NCBI GenBank assembly: GCA_002633005.1 | Contig: NMRA01000008.1 | Coordinates: 1,648,567 to 1,712,566, forward strand | DNA from: Phoronis australis | Lineage: Eukaryota > Animalia > Phoronida | Direction: 5' to 3' | Length of the DNA: 64,000 bases | The notes under the pieces: generated by a model | Told to the model about the DNA's origin: nothing | The model's input: the letters and a program-made list of their open reading frames with translations, nothing else | Databases searched by the model: none | Program-made: the position numbers and the translations under genes | Shown here: positions 35,101-48,300 of the stretch, piece by piece | Numbering within the stretch: position 1 is the stretch's first letter | Layout: every line of letters begins with the position of its first letter

Positions 35101-38100
35101 CGAGAAATGAACAAGAACAGTTTTATAACAGTAACTGGCCTGAATCAAATTTTGTTTTTTGACAGACAGTACATGTTAAATGGCGCTTTAACGATGGGGG
35201 AGTTAAAGGTACATTTTCAGTGCGGGAACTGATTTTCCGAGGTCAGCATCAGCATGAAAACGAACCTAAAACGCAAGCGATTGCAGGTTATCGCTCTCCT
35301 AGCGGAGTTAAACCTCACTCGATAAATAGCTTAGAAATTGCAAGCGTATTGGCCGGTCAGCGAATGTCTGAAGGACAACAACGAAAATTGGCGATTTTTG
35401 ATTAAGTCACAAAAATGCAACGAATTTTGCTTAATATCTCTGGTAAAAGCTAATAACCTATAATGTCACTTTAAAAGAAAATAACAGAGACCGTCGCATA
35501 TAAGCGCAAGCATATATTTGGCCGATAGAATTTTGTGACGATTTTGGATGGCATTTCTTGGACTTATGCCTACATATATATCTGACAGGACTGAATACCC
35601 ATCCGTAACCCGTTGGCGCTCAACGGAAGCTTTCCTTGACATTCTGCTTGATGTTATCATGGAAATGTTTATTTAACAACTGATTGAACATTTAGTTTGG
35701 TTTAGGTTTTTGGTCGGTTCTGTGTGAAACTGGAAGATGTTGCAGCTGTCAAAATAAGAGCACTTTTTAGATGCTACTCCCCGGGTGTATATTCGGCAAA
35801 CTTTTCTTACGTACACTCACTGGGTGTATAGTCGACTGTGCTACACCAAATGTCTGTGGTGTCGTCGCTTGCCGTCTACCTTGTCGTGAAGATGCTAACG
35901 TGGCGGACCCAAATATCAACCTAAAGAGCATCCCATTTTTGACAGAATGTGTTCTCCTTATAATTACCAATATTATTTTAGATAAACCCAATTATCTATG
36001 GTGCTACTAAACGGAGTTATCTACGAGGTTATGCCCACACTATCAAAGTGTTCTGGTACTACGTCACGTGCTGCAGGTGTATAAAGAAACCAACAGGTAG
36101 GCCTTTCTGATGATATATCATTGACCCAAGCCACTACTAATGCATTTACGGCGAGGAAAAATCCGTTGTGGGACGAAAACAGTGAACTCTATTCTATATT
36201 TTATGAATTCTATCCCATAATTCATCGTTCCCAACCTCACTGACAAACCACTAGTGGCTGCTAGTTTGCTAGGTTACGCTAGGAAAGTCTCGAACATACT
36301 CGCGAACGAGACAGTCAACTTCCATTCTTGTCATTTTGCGCGATCTTACGTGATGTCGCTTTTCCTGCAAGAATCTTGGCCTACGGACGAAACATTAGCC
36401 ATATCTACTTTACGGCAGCGCTCTCTGATTCTACGGTATTTACGCACAATGCCCAGTACCGTAGGCACTCTTTCCACAGTTGCAACCCGCTATAACGCTA
36501 ATCACTATTTTCAGCAAAAATTATTTTTTCTATTTTCCTTTGAGGTGCAATACTGACTCAAAAACTGGCAAGCTGCACGAAGTCAATAACGTATAAGCTA
36601 CCATACTTCCCTTGCTCCTTTCAACTCGGAAACGTTCAGTTGTCTCCTTTTATAGTAAGCTAGGCCAGTCGTAACGCGTTTTTCTGTCTCCGCGAAAGAG
36701 TAGAGTTGAATTCGGTGGTAGAGTTCAGCTAGCTCTCTCGCGGCTAGAAAAATCTAGCCAAAACCACGAGTTCTAAGTCATTTAAAATACACGGCAATAT
36801 CTCGTGTAATCTTGCGAAGTCTTGCTTTTTAGCGAGGTCCTAGCGCTACTGAAGTTAAAGGCGGGAGTATTTCACTTATTCAGGTGGTAGCCATGTTATC
36901 TTAGGGTCTGTCCTCAGAGTGTAATCGCTAACTAAAGTGCTCCTGAATTCTGACACGAAATATTTGAGGGGAGCATACGTGCATTCATTGAATAATGGAC
37001 CCGCAAGTTGGCATTCAAACACATGTAGATGCAAGAATGACTCTGAGCTGACTCATTCAACTCCGGCTCTCATTCGTATTATACCGAGCGTGTGTTCCGT
37101 ACACGCGAGAACCTCCCGAGAACGCAAGATCACGCAAGACTTCCCAAGATATCGCCATTACAAGCGAAGCACGTGATCACACTGCACGTGTGACTATTTC
37201 TCCTACGGAACTGAGCCCAGCAGTAATCGGCCTTGTTTTCAGTCAGTGGTAAATTCACGGTAAAAACGTTGAAAGGGTCGATCAGATCAAGTAATATTTG
37301 TGTTGGAAGACAAGGATCACTGACCTGTATTTGTTGTTAAATCAACATCAGTAAACGTGTCATGCGACATACGTGACCGGAAACGCTTTGACCGCTCACG
37401 TGGCTCTTTTAATCGAGGTGAGCATTTACTTGCCATATAACCCGCCGGGTCCAAAAGTTTGAACCCCTCTACGTTATCCACTCGTTGATACGTGGAAATG
37501 TGTCTAAATATGCTTGAAAAAGAACATGTTCAAAACCTTCTCCTGAAGAAAGTGTTATACTTATGTCTTTGTTAGTATGTAAGTCATTATAGCTTAAAAA
37601 TAGCCAAGAAGACAGAACCTTACAATAACTAAATAACTGAAGATGAGAAACGCAGAACCGCGGATCAGTTTCAAACTTTTTTGTCGAATTGTATTATCAA
37701 TTTTGCAAATAATTCATGACCAAGTTAGCTTTTCGTTTCCTTGAGTCTTATATCGCTTTAGTGTGGAGCGTTTTCTTCCGGTTAAGTCCCCAAAAAGATC
37801 GTAGGCGGCGCCCACGAACATTTACCTTGCTGGTTCCCTGCATGCCGCTAGGTGGTAGCCAACACGCAGGTATCAGTTGGGGATTTTTTTTTGCACCGGC
37901 GTTTCTGATTGGCTGGTCGAATTCTCAACAGGTAGCGTTTTACGCAAACAAACTAGCATGGCTGATGGAGGAAGTGTAAATGTGGTCTGTTGTACAAACA
38001 AATTGGTGCTTAAAATTCATGTTCAAGAAATGTGAACCCCAGAAAATTGTGGTTGCGCCTTTTCGAAGTGCATCTTTCTACTGTCGCTGACTTTTGTTTA

Positions 38101-39178
38101 CGTTGCTGTCCTGTATTCATACAGTATGAATAATACACCAGTTAAATCGGCCAGATGTTTGTTTATTGTACATGCATGTGCTTCAAGCACGCGTCTATTT
38201 AACATCACTGCATAAACGAAATAGTTGCTGCTGTGCCACTTGCATGACGAGGCTAAAAATGTTCACAGTCCGCCATTTTCTCACTTTGTTGTAAAGCTAA
38301 CCAATGACTGCCGAGGTCGCATCAACCAGTGATAAAGCGCGTGCTACTGAATGGTACCTGCGTGTGATCTCTACACGCAGAGAACCAGCAAGGAACATTT
38401 ACATGTCAATTAGGAAGTTCGAGATAGACAATTTAATTATGCAATCATTTCCATTTTTAATTTTGATCTAGTTTGTTAGTGGAAAGGCATTCAAGCTACG
38501 GTGTGGCTGAACTTTCTATGAGAGTTGTCCCATAATTAACTTTTCAGACTCTATGTACCATATTACTTAAATATATATTACACATGTGTTTTTACCATTA
38601 CACGATAGAAGAGGAATTTCGAGTGAAAGTTGGAGGCCGGAAAATGTCAATCGTGAACTTCAGTTCTACCAGGAGTCAGTCCATCGCTTCAAACAACGCC
38701 GAACAGCACGGACGAAGAACCAGCAATAGTCCAGGTTTGTGTAAACCTTAATTGCATACTGACATAGCATCTTTAAACAAACCTTTGGTCAGTAAAGGAG
38801 TTGAATTTTGTTTGTATCTTTAAACAAACAAAATTCAACTCCTTTAATGACCAAAGGTTTGTTTAAAGATACTATGCCCTTTACATTCATCAATTTAGAG
38901 ATAGAGTGAGTTTCGACAGTTGAGATATCACTAAAATTTCGTTACATTCAACCTGATCTATGTTCTATAAACCTGTCAAAATCTCAACTCCGATTCTCTT
39001 TGAAATAATGTTTAGTCAACGGTTTCATTTACTTCCAGTTTTGAAGTACAAGTCAACAGAAGACCTCCAGAACACTACAACCATGGGCGAAGTCAATTTG
39101 GCGTTTGTTGACGACAACAAAGGTATCACCGAACTGGAGATGAAGTCTGACGAAACGAAACAGGACGTCTCTTCTTAG
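32180..39178 (+). CDS. Class A GPCR, prostanoid (EP-type) receptor-like; 5 coding exons, 431 aa
   Basis: Exons 32180-33007, 34129-34215, 35982-36096, 38609-38734, 39039-39178 (1296 nt, phases 0,0,1,1). Motifs LAWTDL, MSIERW..FVKP.YY, LLPLFGVG...C.IDW, CWAP, and TM7 RLAASNSM|INPIIY with the prostanoid-type TM7 Arg. Intron at the end of TM6 as in prostanoid receptors. The last two exons are less certain. Confidence 0.82.
33455..34128 (+). repeat. Decayed tandem copies of the receptor exon-2 acceptor and 5' sequence
   Basis: Units resembling TTTTCAG|ATACGTGTTATTCTCGTACAGTGTGGATATCCTC...ATGATACT begin near 33456, 33510, 33563, 33624 (continuing at 34053) and 34082. Confidence 0.75.
33635..34052. 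mobile_element. Tc1/mariner-pogo (Tigger-like) MITE with TA TSD
   Basis: TA|CTGTAAAGCTTCTATCAGTAGCCG ... CGGCTACAATTAGAAGCTTTACGA|TA. Subterminal repeats CTAATAGA(A/G)GC.CC. Confidence 0.8.
34498..34860 (+). repeat. Interspersed repeat, related copy at ~40017-40330
   Basis: Shared AAAATGGCGCA...TTGCCGG(T/C)TCATTCGGCA(A/G)CA(G/A)TTCAAGA...TAATGC..T.AA.CCCAAAG. Confidence 0.6.
38763..38876. repeat. Near-perfect ~52-bp-arm hairpin in intron 4 of the prostanoid-like receptor
   Basis: CATAGCATCTTTAAACAAACCTTTGGTCAGTAAAGGAGTTGAATTTTGTTTG - TATCTTTAAA - CAAACAAAATTCAACTCCTTTAATGACCAAAGGTTTGTTTAAAGATACTATG. Confidence 0.9.
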
Positions 39179-42100
39179 AAATGCATTTAGCAACTACACA
39201 CGTTCGCGCTGACCGTGTTATCTGATACAGTTTAAACATGTTTTGTCAGACCGGAGCAGAGAAACAGCAAAATGAGCGCTACCCAGTTTGGAGTAGCGCC
39301 GGATATAGTTCGTAGCCCGAAATTCCACGTCAGAGGATTTTCATACATTCGCGTATGGGAACTTCAATCATACGGCAAGTCATGTGAATTTCATATTGGA
39401 GAATGATTGGCCATATGAATGAAATTCGGACATGCGAACATTATATTCTTAGAAAATGCTAAACATAGAACATACTTTTACGAATAAAAATTTCGGTTCA
39501 AGTTATGAAAAATCCCAGACACGGTTGGAGGGAAAATTTAAGGCTACGGAAATACGAAGAGATCACTCGTTCGCAGGGCAGTGTAAAAAATGGAGAGTGC
39601 CCTTTTGTGAAAGGGCGATGACTGTTTTTCTACAAATTTACGTTCACAAAGCTGCATGCGCATCTCTCATTGCCGAAGTTAATTTTGATTCTCGTAACCT
39701 AGGTTGATGTTTCCGACGCAACAAAATTGCATAGATCCGAGGCACATTTCGTAAATGACAATGGCAGGGCCTGAAAAATCTGATGTAAGCACTAGGGCTG
39801 GAGATCGTACCGGTCCTTACCAGCCCGCTTTGAGGGTCCTTAACGATACATTTCGCCCTGTTTAGCGTACCAATAAAGAACGAAAATCAAATTAAGCGTT
39901 TAATCTGTTATAATTGGTCTCACAATAATCCTTATCGTGATAGACATCCATTTCCGTCCTCAAGAAAAACCTCGAAAAGTCAGCAACTCATGAAATGTTT
40001 CAGATTTCATTGGGGTTATCCAAGCCTAATGATTGCGAATTCGAAAATGGCGCATGTGCGCATTGCCTGGTTTTGACTTGCCGGCTCATTCGGCAGCAAT
40101 TCAAGACCGGGTGTGCGCGATAATGCTTTTAAAACCCAAAGTTTCGTTTGGAATTTAACATTGGTAGCTAAACAGCGGCGAAATGACAACTGGAAGTGAA
40201 TCCGGAGTGGAGGGGGGGGGGGGGGGGGGCTTTCACCGCAGACGACACTCATCTCTTATAATAGAGTTCATTGGTTCCACAGGGCCCTAATAAAAAAACA
40301 TTGGATGCAGATATTATTTAGTGACAGCAAAATTCATGAAAACTCCACCAGTTATTAGATACCAAAGGTCTTGACTAGTGCTCGCTAACTTCAGCAGAAC
40401 GAGTTCCTTCAATGCATTGTTTCTCCACTCTAAGATAAAGTCATTCTTGTTAGTGTAAATATTGTGCATAGAGCTTTTGTATAAGAAATAACTTACAATG
40501 TCTTTCGCTCCTGCCCTTAGACACATGTCCTATGTGTATAAATATTTGGATGTTACAGGTAGTTTTGTTCACTATTGTCATGTCGTTGAATTGTGTGCCC
40601 TACTGGAGAATTGTGATGAGTTGTTTTTTAAACCTGACGTCAGATCCTAAGAGATTTGTGAGTTAAATTGTTGTTTTCATAAAACATAAAAATCACCCAA
40701 AGTATAACTAGATGTTTAAACACAAAAAAATGAGAAAATGTGACAGGTGCCGAGTGTTGGCTTGAACCATACAAATTGCAGCATCGCTATTGGACGCTGA
40801 TCAGTGGTGCATTACGTAGATCACGTTTCTTACGAGAAAAGCTAGACCACACAAGTACACACAAAACCAAGCGAATGAAGAGCTACTACTTTGCGAGTAA
40901 AATGGAACCATTAGTAACATAAATTTTGAAGGTTTCCGTTCCACAAACGAGGATTTCTCATGGCAACTGTCTCGCAAGCGTTTACGGTACGCACCCAGGA
41001 TTGAATTTGGTTTCGACTATTATGAAAACGGCGAAATAGCGCAAAGCAACAAACACTAGAGAGGAATGTTGCGTGTGCGTATATCGGCAAAGAATGGAGT
41101 TGCATGTGCGCAGAAATGTCGCAAGTTTGTAGTGGTAAACAAATAATTTCTGCATGTTAGTTTTGTTTGGATTTATAACGTCTTTCTTATCAAGCAGGCC
41201 TACATCAAGGCATGCTTCATATTTCAGTTCACATTTGAACAACACGCACACGCACTACGCGCGCGCACACACACACTTACGTTTTCCTTGACGAGTCTTG
41301 ATTCAAGTTCGCAAAGTCAGCCAATAATGCCCCCGAAATTTGTTTCAAATTTTCTGATGTCTTTCAAACTTTAAATTAATAACAGTTTTCTTAGATTTTG
41401 GTTCACAATTGTTCAGTATATTTCGTTATATCAGTGCATTTCCACCCTCAGCAGTTAGTACGCGACACCTTCCTAAATTACAAGCGGATGTAAACAGGGT
41501 AAGGGTTCGGCAAAAATCGGGGAAGGTCAGACCATGAATCATGCGCTTCCACCACTTACTACGTAAGTCAATACTTGCGTGCATTTTCTTTCTCAAATGC
41601 AGGATATTAATTTGCACGAAAATAGTTCACTTCATTTTGCTCGGTAGATGGCGCTGTTGTCAACATGGTGAGACCTGTCTCGGTGGATACGCGGAACAAT
41701 GTCTCGTGGGATATTACTTCATCAAAGTCACTCTTGGTACGTTTTGTGTATTAACTTACAGAATCGTTCTAACCAGAGCTGTGTTTCATGAAATCATTTT
41801 AGTCTTAACCTAGACCGAAATAACAGTGCTGTCATTCCATCACATGTCACGTTCCGCTTGCTGAACAATTCCGTTGACATCATGCCTAAAATCAAACTTA
41901 AGACTTAAAATTTTCACGAAACGGAGCCCTGTTCATGGCTATAAAACTGACAAATGCGTTAGGCGATGCTGAGAAGTCAAAATTAAAAAATATTCCCACA
42001 TTGCACCCATTCTTCAATGAGCGGGAATTAAGCGACACTCGACCAAATTGCACTATGCTTTGCAGTACTCCCAGCACGCTGACTTATTACGAAGACATTT

Positions 42101-42337
42101 TTATAAAAAAGGGGTTGATATATGCAGAGAAATAACTGGGCAAAGTTATCATGTTACGGGTGGCCTTAGATTTCTCGAATCAGCACACAGGCTGCGGGTG
42201 ACTAAAATCGTAATCAAAAACTCAATTGATACCTGAGATTAAGCGGCCGAAAACATCCCGGGGAGTGCAGCAGACGTCTTCATACAGATTCCAGTATTGA
42301 TATTATTCTGGTTGAAATTTTTACTGACATTTAGTTA

Positions 42338-43011
42338 GGATAACGCTTTTCTTGTTGAACGGAAATATTTGACCTAGATTTTATGTTTTAGGATGCGCCC
42401 TGGGGAAGCAACATGCAGTATAATTATTATTACAAGGAAGTACTAGGAGACCTCCCGTGCAATAGGAGTCGACACTATAAAATGGATACGTTACTGAACA
42501 TGTTTTGTAGACTAATGGTCGCGAAAACATGGATTGTTATTAAAACCACCGAGATCCTCTCAGCAGTTGGTTGATTTGTTTTTGTTTGTTTTTTTTAACA
42601 TACACGCCTGTCATGGCTGAGTAGTGTTGTAGCTTGCCCATAGATGTCACCCGACTATGTGCCGAGTGGTTACTNGGATAACGCTTTTCTTGTTGAACGG
42701 AAATATTTGACCTAGATTTTATGTTTTAGGATGCGCCCTGGGGAAGCAACATGCAGTATAATTATTATTACAAGGAAGTACTAGGAGACCTCCCGTGCAA
42801 TAGGAGTCGACACTATAAAATGGATACGTTACTGAACATGTTTTGTAGACTAATGGTCGCGAAAACATGGATTGTTATTAAAACCACCGAGATCCTCTCA
42901 GCAGTTGGTTGATTTGTTTTTGTTTGTTTTTTTAACATACACGCCTGTCATGGCTGAGTAGTGTTGTAGCTTGCCCATAGATGTCACCCGACTATTTGCC
43001 GAGTGGTTACT
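42338..43011 (+). repeat. ~337-bp tandem duplication across a single N (probable assembly overlap of two alleles)
   Basis: 42338-42674 is repeated at 42676-43011 with N at 42675. The copies differ only by a poly-T length and one substitution (ACTATGTGCC / ACTATTTGCC). Confidence 0.85.
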
Positions 43012-45169
43012 GATTGTTCTATCGTGTTTAGTCAAAGCAAAAATGCTCCAATCCAGAAAGAATAATCGGCATCAGTTGCAAATTGTTCATTATCTGATAC
43101 TGGTTTTTTTTTTGTAGATCCATTGTTTTGAAAGGTATGAACCCTGAAGAAATATTTTATGAAATGAGATGAAGTTTGCAATATATTGTAAATCATTATA
43201 TTTCTTATAATTCATTAAATCGACTATTGTCCCTGCTCCCCACGTCGTCACCAATTTTTCCCCCAAATCACCTGTAGTGTACCTTTCGATACAAATGCAT
43301 TTGTCATGCGAACAACGCATTTGTCAACGAGTTCCACAATTATTGGGAGAGTATCAAACATCCACTTCCCCGTATGCTTCACCCTTTATTAAGGACCTGC
43401 ACAACCGTTCCCACGAGAGTTGTCGACCGTTGCTTTTCACCAGCTACAAATGAATTATTATCCATATCTCTTTGTTCCACAAAAGATTTGTCAGTAGAGC
43501 CTCTTTTTAGCACGATTAAACTGCGTGTTCAGAAACTTGACAAAGAGTCGGACAATAGTGCCGTGATAGCACTATTGATGTTAATATGCTATTCTGTGAG
43601 AAGACTTGAGATGTTAAGAAATTGATAAATATATTCAAGTATAGGTGAGACAAGAATTAACATTAGAACGCCCGACCTTTTGAAAAAAAGACATTCCATA
43701 TATTTAGCCAACTTGTATTTTAATCAGAAGACATCAGCTGTGGCGTTTGTTTATAGTTCGGTGAAAATACCAGCCAATACAAATACGAGAAGTGTGGATA
43801 TACCGGTACAAACAAGTGCTCGGGGAACCGCAAACACACCGACATTCTTACTTGCTCTGGTCAAAAACACACATTTTCGAAATGAGCTGACCCGTAGATG
43901 AACACTAGTACTGGTACTCGCTTCGCGGACTAGGTTTCTGACTGCAGGCTCATCTCCCTGTTCTGACACTACCATTGAGCGGCGATCATTGACACCACTT
44001 GTCAATCTGCATCTCTATCACTTGACAGACCGAGAGGCAGGTTGCAAGTAGTGTGAGAGGCCAGGTTGGCTGGTGAACTTTCGTCCAGGTAAGTACTCTC
44101 ACACACCTATGGAATGAGAAGGAATGGTCTTGTATGTGTGCTAAGTTTAATCTTTAAACTGGACTATAAAATTTCAAAAATGCTATTTTCCCAACGCGTT
44201 TACGTGCATTATGCCTTTGGTCCAAAATTCAGTTAAAGAGTTCGGAGACATGAGAATAATCAAAGGTATTATGTTTCGGATTGCGATCATTCGACGCACT
44301 TGTCGCCAATAAACGTTCATGTACGCACGGAATGCCCACTGGGTTTTTCTCTAGTGACAAAATGTCACATTATTGTTTCACAAATACATCTAAACGCTCT
44401 CGAGGTGCAATTACTGTCAAATTCATTTCAACAATTTCAAACCAGTTGTGGAAAAACATATGTGTAATTAATTGGACACTCACGTCAGAGGCGACGTATA
44501 TAGTGACTATTGCTTCACATACGCCCGAGAAACGAGTTCCAATGAGTGTCATGGAAAAGTACTGAAAGTATGTTCTATATCTGCATCATGGGCGACAAGT
44601 CAAGGGAATTCTGCATAAAAAGGTACTCTTTTTTATTTGTTTCAAGTGTTTTAACGCACAAAAAGTATACCCGTAATCAAAAAATCTTTCAATCCCACTT
44701 AATGTTTGCTGCGTGAACTCGTAATTTAAAATTTAATGTTTTAATTGATTCTAAGTCACATGGCTCGTGCTTTTTGCATGCGTTCTGGGTTCCCTAAAAA
44801 GAAAAAAAAATATCTGGAGACGCTAATAGCAGCATCAGCACAACTGTTACGAGAAGAGTTATATTTGCTTATTCTTGCAATCAGTTTCATAAGAACTACC
44901 AATAACTTTGTTTACCTAGCCAAGATAAACACGTACTCGCATCACACAGGGTCAGCGTAAAAAGACTCGGCGTATCCCTGGACTGAGTGTGCTTGATTGG
45001 AGGAGCAACCGCGAAATACACTAAATAACGGGCCCGTATGTTGGCATTCAAGCACGTGCAGGTAGGACACTGAGCCCGGCGGACTTTCCCTGTGTTTCAC
45101 CTGTACCAAACGTTTGCGTGTATGGCAGTTTAAGTGTGTGATAGTTGCATGTCTTGTTGCACATACTTT

Positions 45170-45320
45170 AGCCCTCGACACAAATTGTCACCCGGGCGAC
45201 TATTGCGCCACTTGGCCGTCAACATCGAAGTATAATGTCACCCGGGAGACAGTATGTGTCACATGGGGGCAATACATGCAGTGACAATCGACACATATGT
45301 CGCCCTCTCCCCAACTGTTT
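45170..45320. repeat. Interspersed repeat related (inverted) to ~31370-31470 and ~30880-30970
   Basis: GCCGTCAACATCGA / TCGATGTTGACGGC and TCCCCAACTG / CAGTTGGGGA pair inversely; recurring TGTCACCC.GGG.GAC motifs. Confidence 0.5.
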
Positions 45321-48300
45321 GCGTAGTCTAGCACATAAGCGAATCAACAGTCAGACCACAATACACCCGAATTAAATTGGGACCCGTCTTTTACCACTAA
45401 CCGCCATGATGCATTCATTTCTGGGATTACGAGTTGGTCTGATCTCAGGAAAATGGATCCGAGAGTCACCGTCGTATATACGAATTTCCGTTCCGCCGAG
45501 TTTATCTGCGTACGGGCGCTACCGAAAAGTCAAGAATCGACGTTTACGGAAAATCATCAAAAGGTCCAACATTTTAGAAATTCGAACCACTCTCGTGCAA
45601 TGCTGGTTTGGGGCCTTGCCATCATACTCAAGGACCTGCAGCGTTAAACTGAGTGTCTTGCGAGATCATCCAAGACTACACTGAATCGCCCGAGTGAAAA
45701 AGGCGAGTATTTCGCGAGTAGGCTCATCGGCGAGATTAGCGTGGTGAATTATAATTTAGTGTGGGATGCAATTCACTGTTTTCGTTCCGTAACCTAAAAA
45801 TTTTTGCCACGTCAAAGTGCCAGCTCAGTAATGTCTTTGGTTCAGGTCTTGGAATTCGCTCTTCTTTTAAGAGGATTTCCTCTTTTGGTTTCCATTTCTT
45901 CTTATTTGATTTCCACTTTCCTCCTTTTTCGTCTCTTTTTTATCATTATTTTGATTTTATTCATGCAAAAAACGTTTATTTCAGATAAATTTTACAACAC
46001 AAATAATATTACTGGCACATAAGTCCATTTATTTGTGGAACGATACATCACCTGGAAAAATGTCCTTTTTGTAATTTGTAATTTGATATTCCAAGTCCTG
46101 TTGGTTTATAAAATGGAGCCCTGGGCGTACTCGCGACTAGCGTGCAAGGTGCCTATTGTGCTGGCGGCTACCGATTGGCAGACAAGTTGCCACAATTTTG
46201 CCGATAAGAAGCAATGTAAGTGTTTGTCCTACGCCAGATCCCATGTGAATTTGGCAACCAGTCCTTTGCTCAACGTTTTGTCGAGCAAGGGTTTCAAAGA
46301 AATTTGGAATGTTCTACCTTCACAGTTGTTACGAAGGATACCTGAATTTTAAATAATCTTCCTCTGGTCTGTTCACGTATCCTTCACAATCCCAAATTGA
46401 TGAAACATTTCATTAAAAAGGCCAAGTACAAAAAGTGTCTTCGGTTTTGCTAGCAAAACCCTGAACGCATATCCTCGTTTTCAAATGGCATTCACAGGGT
46501 GTTTCATCGAACTTGGAACTCCGGTGTATAACATATATCCTGAAGTCGAAAACAGGCTCCCGCACCTTCAAAACAGCTAACCAGCCCGAAAAACACGAAT
46601 CTCGACCTTTATAACAGGAACGCCGGGGATCGGACAGGACACCCGGGGACTGAAACACCACTCCCGCACTTTCCGTCAAACATAATCTCAAGATAAGAAA
46701 ATAGTACCTTAGTACCTTGTTTTGTGTTCACACGACATGTATCAATTTCACATTTTGATGAAAAAAATAAATACTATGTGTGATATGTTGTTTTACTATA
46801 TGAGAATTTTAGACAACTTATGACCGACCTCTAGCGAAAAAAGTGTCGATTCTTGAGAACCTGTTTTACTCGCGGACGTGTACAGTGTACCCGACAGAGT
46901 GGGCAGTAAGTAATGACGTGTAGCTAGTGTGACGGACGATTTGCCGGAAATAATGTACTCTCGACAAGCAAATTGACGAACCCTAAAATGCAGCCAATTG
47001 AAAGATATTTAAGGAGTTAATCAGAAATGGAACTAGAAAGACGAAAAAATATTTTTGCTTTTTTCATTTTTGAAAATATTTTTGGAGAAACTATTGAATA
47101 ATCCGAAATTATCTGAATATTCACAGAGATAACAACGTGTTGGGAGTACAGATAATGTTTAAATTCGCCCACAGACAAGTTGCAGAATTTTACCGATAAA
47201 AATCAAATAACAAAGATAGGAAATTAGATTGGTTTACTTTTCACGTCGTTTCTCAAATCAAGACATTAATTTTTGGCAGAAGTATTTTGGGAAAATGGCG
47301 TGGGGTACAACATAGATTTGCGAGGAAAATGCTGAAATTTCAGCGTAATATCGGCGACTAATCTTTCAGCACACGATTTTTTCCGAGATCGTTAGTTGCT
47401 TCATTTGGGCCTCGCAACTATCGCACTACCTGACCTGCAAAATTTAGGTAGGGTTAATGTATTCCTCCGCTGGCGAGTCTGTAAGGTTACATGACTGGGT
47501 GTGCTAACCTGCTACTGCATGGGGTTTGTAAGGCTTTATGCTGGGTACAGTTTCGCAGACGCAAGAATCTCGCTAAGTGTGATTACGCGTTTCGCTGGTG
47601 ATATCTCGCGAAGGCTTGGGAGTTCTTGCTTTTCTCGGTCTTCGAAAGGCACGCCTGTTTTCTACGTGCAGGGCTATGCAACGAGATGGCAGTTTTATCC
47701 CACTTCCCCTGCTTAGTTGGGAAACTCGTATAAGTGGTCTATTATCGCCAGCGCGATGACGCGAAGGTGTGCACGAACCGTCGACATTTAAGATGTATTT
47801 CGGAAATGTTCAATAATCACTAGGATCTAGGACGCCGTGAGAGGGACCAAACTACAGTTTTTGGCCCCCCTTTAACTCCGCCACTGTAGTAAACATTTTA
47901 TAATATTTCTCTAACACTCCTCGTTGAAATCGCCGTCAACACGGTGCCCAATATACATAGAGAAAATCAGATTTCCAACGTGTTGCTAAAATGAGGGGGG
48001 GAGGTATTTGAAGTTTTTGAAGTTGCAACACTATGTTCTGAAATGTTGCCAAGTGTGTGCAGAGGAAACGCGTTATTTTTCAACATTCTTTTGCTATTGG
48101 ACTGACCTTTTGATGGACCTGAAATCACGTGATGCAGTTTTAGATAAATCCTTATAGGATTGCTGGTTCTTCAATAGTAACTGCCTCAACAGACAACTGA
48201 CATTTTCCATGATGTTTCCTGGTGTGAATCCAAGTCGTGATGAAAATTCTTTTCTCTCTGCGTACGTCTATGTTTGTTGTCTTTCCGCAACAATAACAGA

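Noticed and set aside
35771-36010. Cys-rich 79-aa ORF
   Set aside because: Mostly intronic with no recognisable domain. The real exon starts at 35982 in another frame.
42338-43011. Biological tandem duplication
   Set aside because: The junction is exactly a single N and the copies differ like alleles, so it is most likely a scaffolding overlap.
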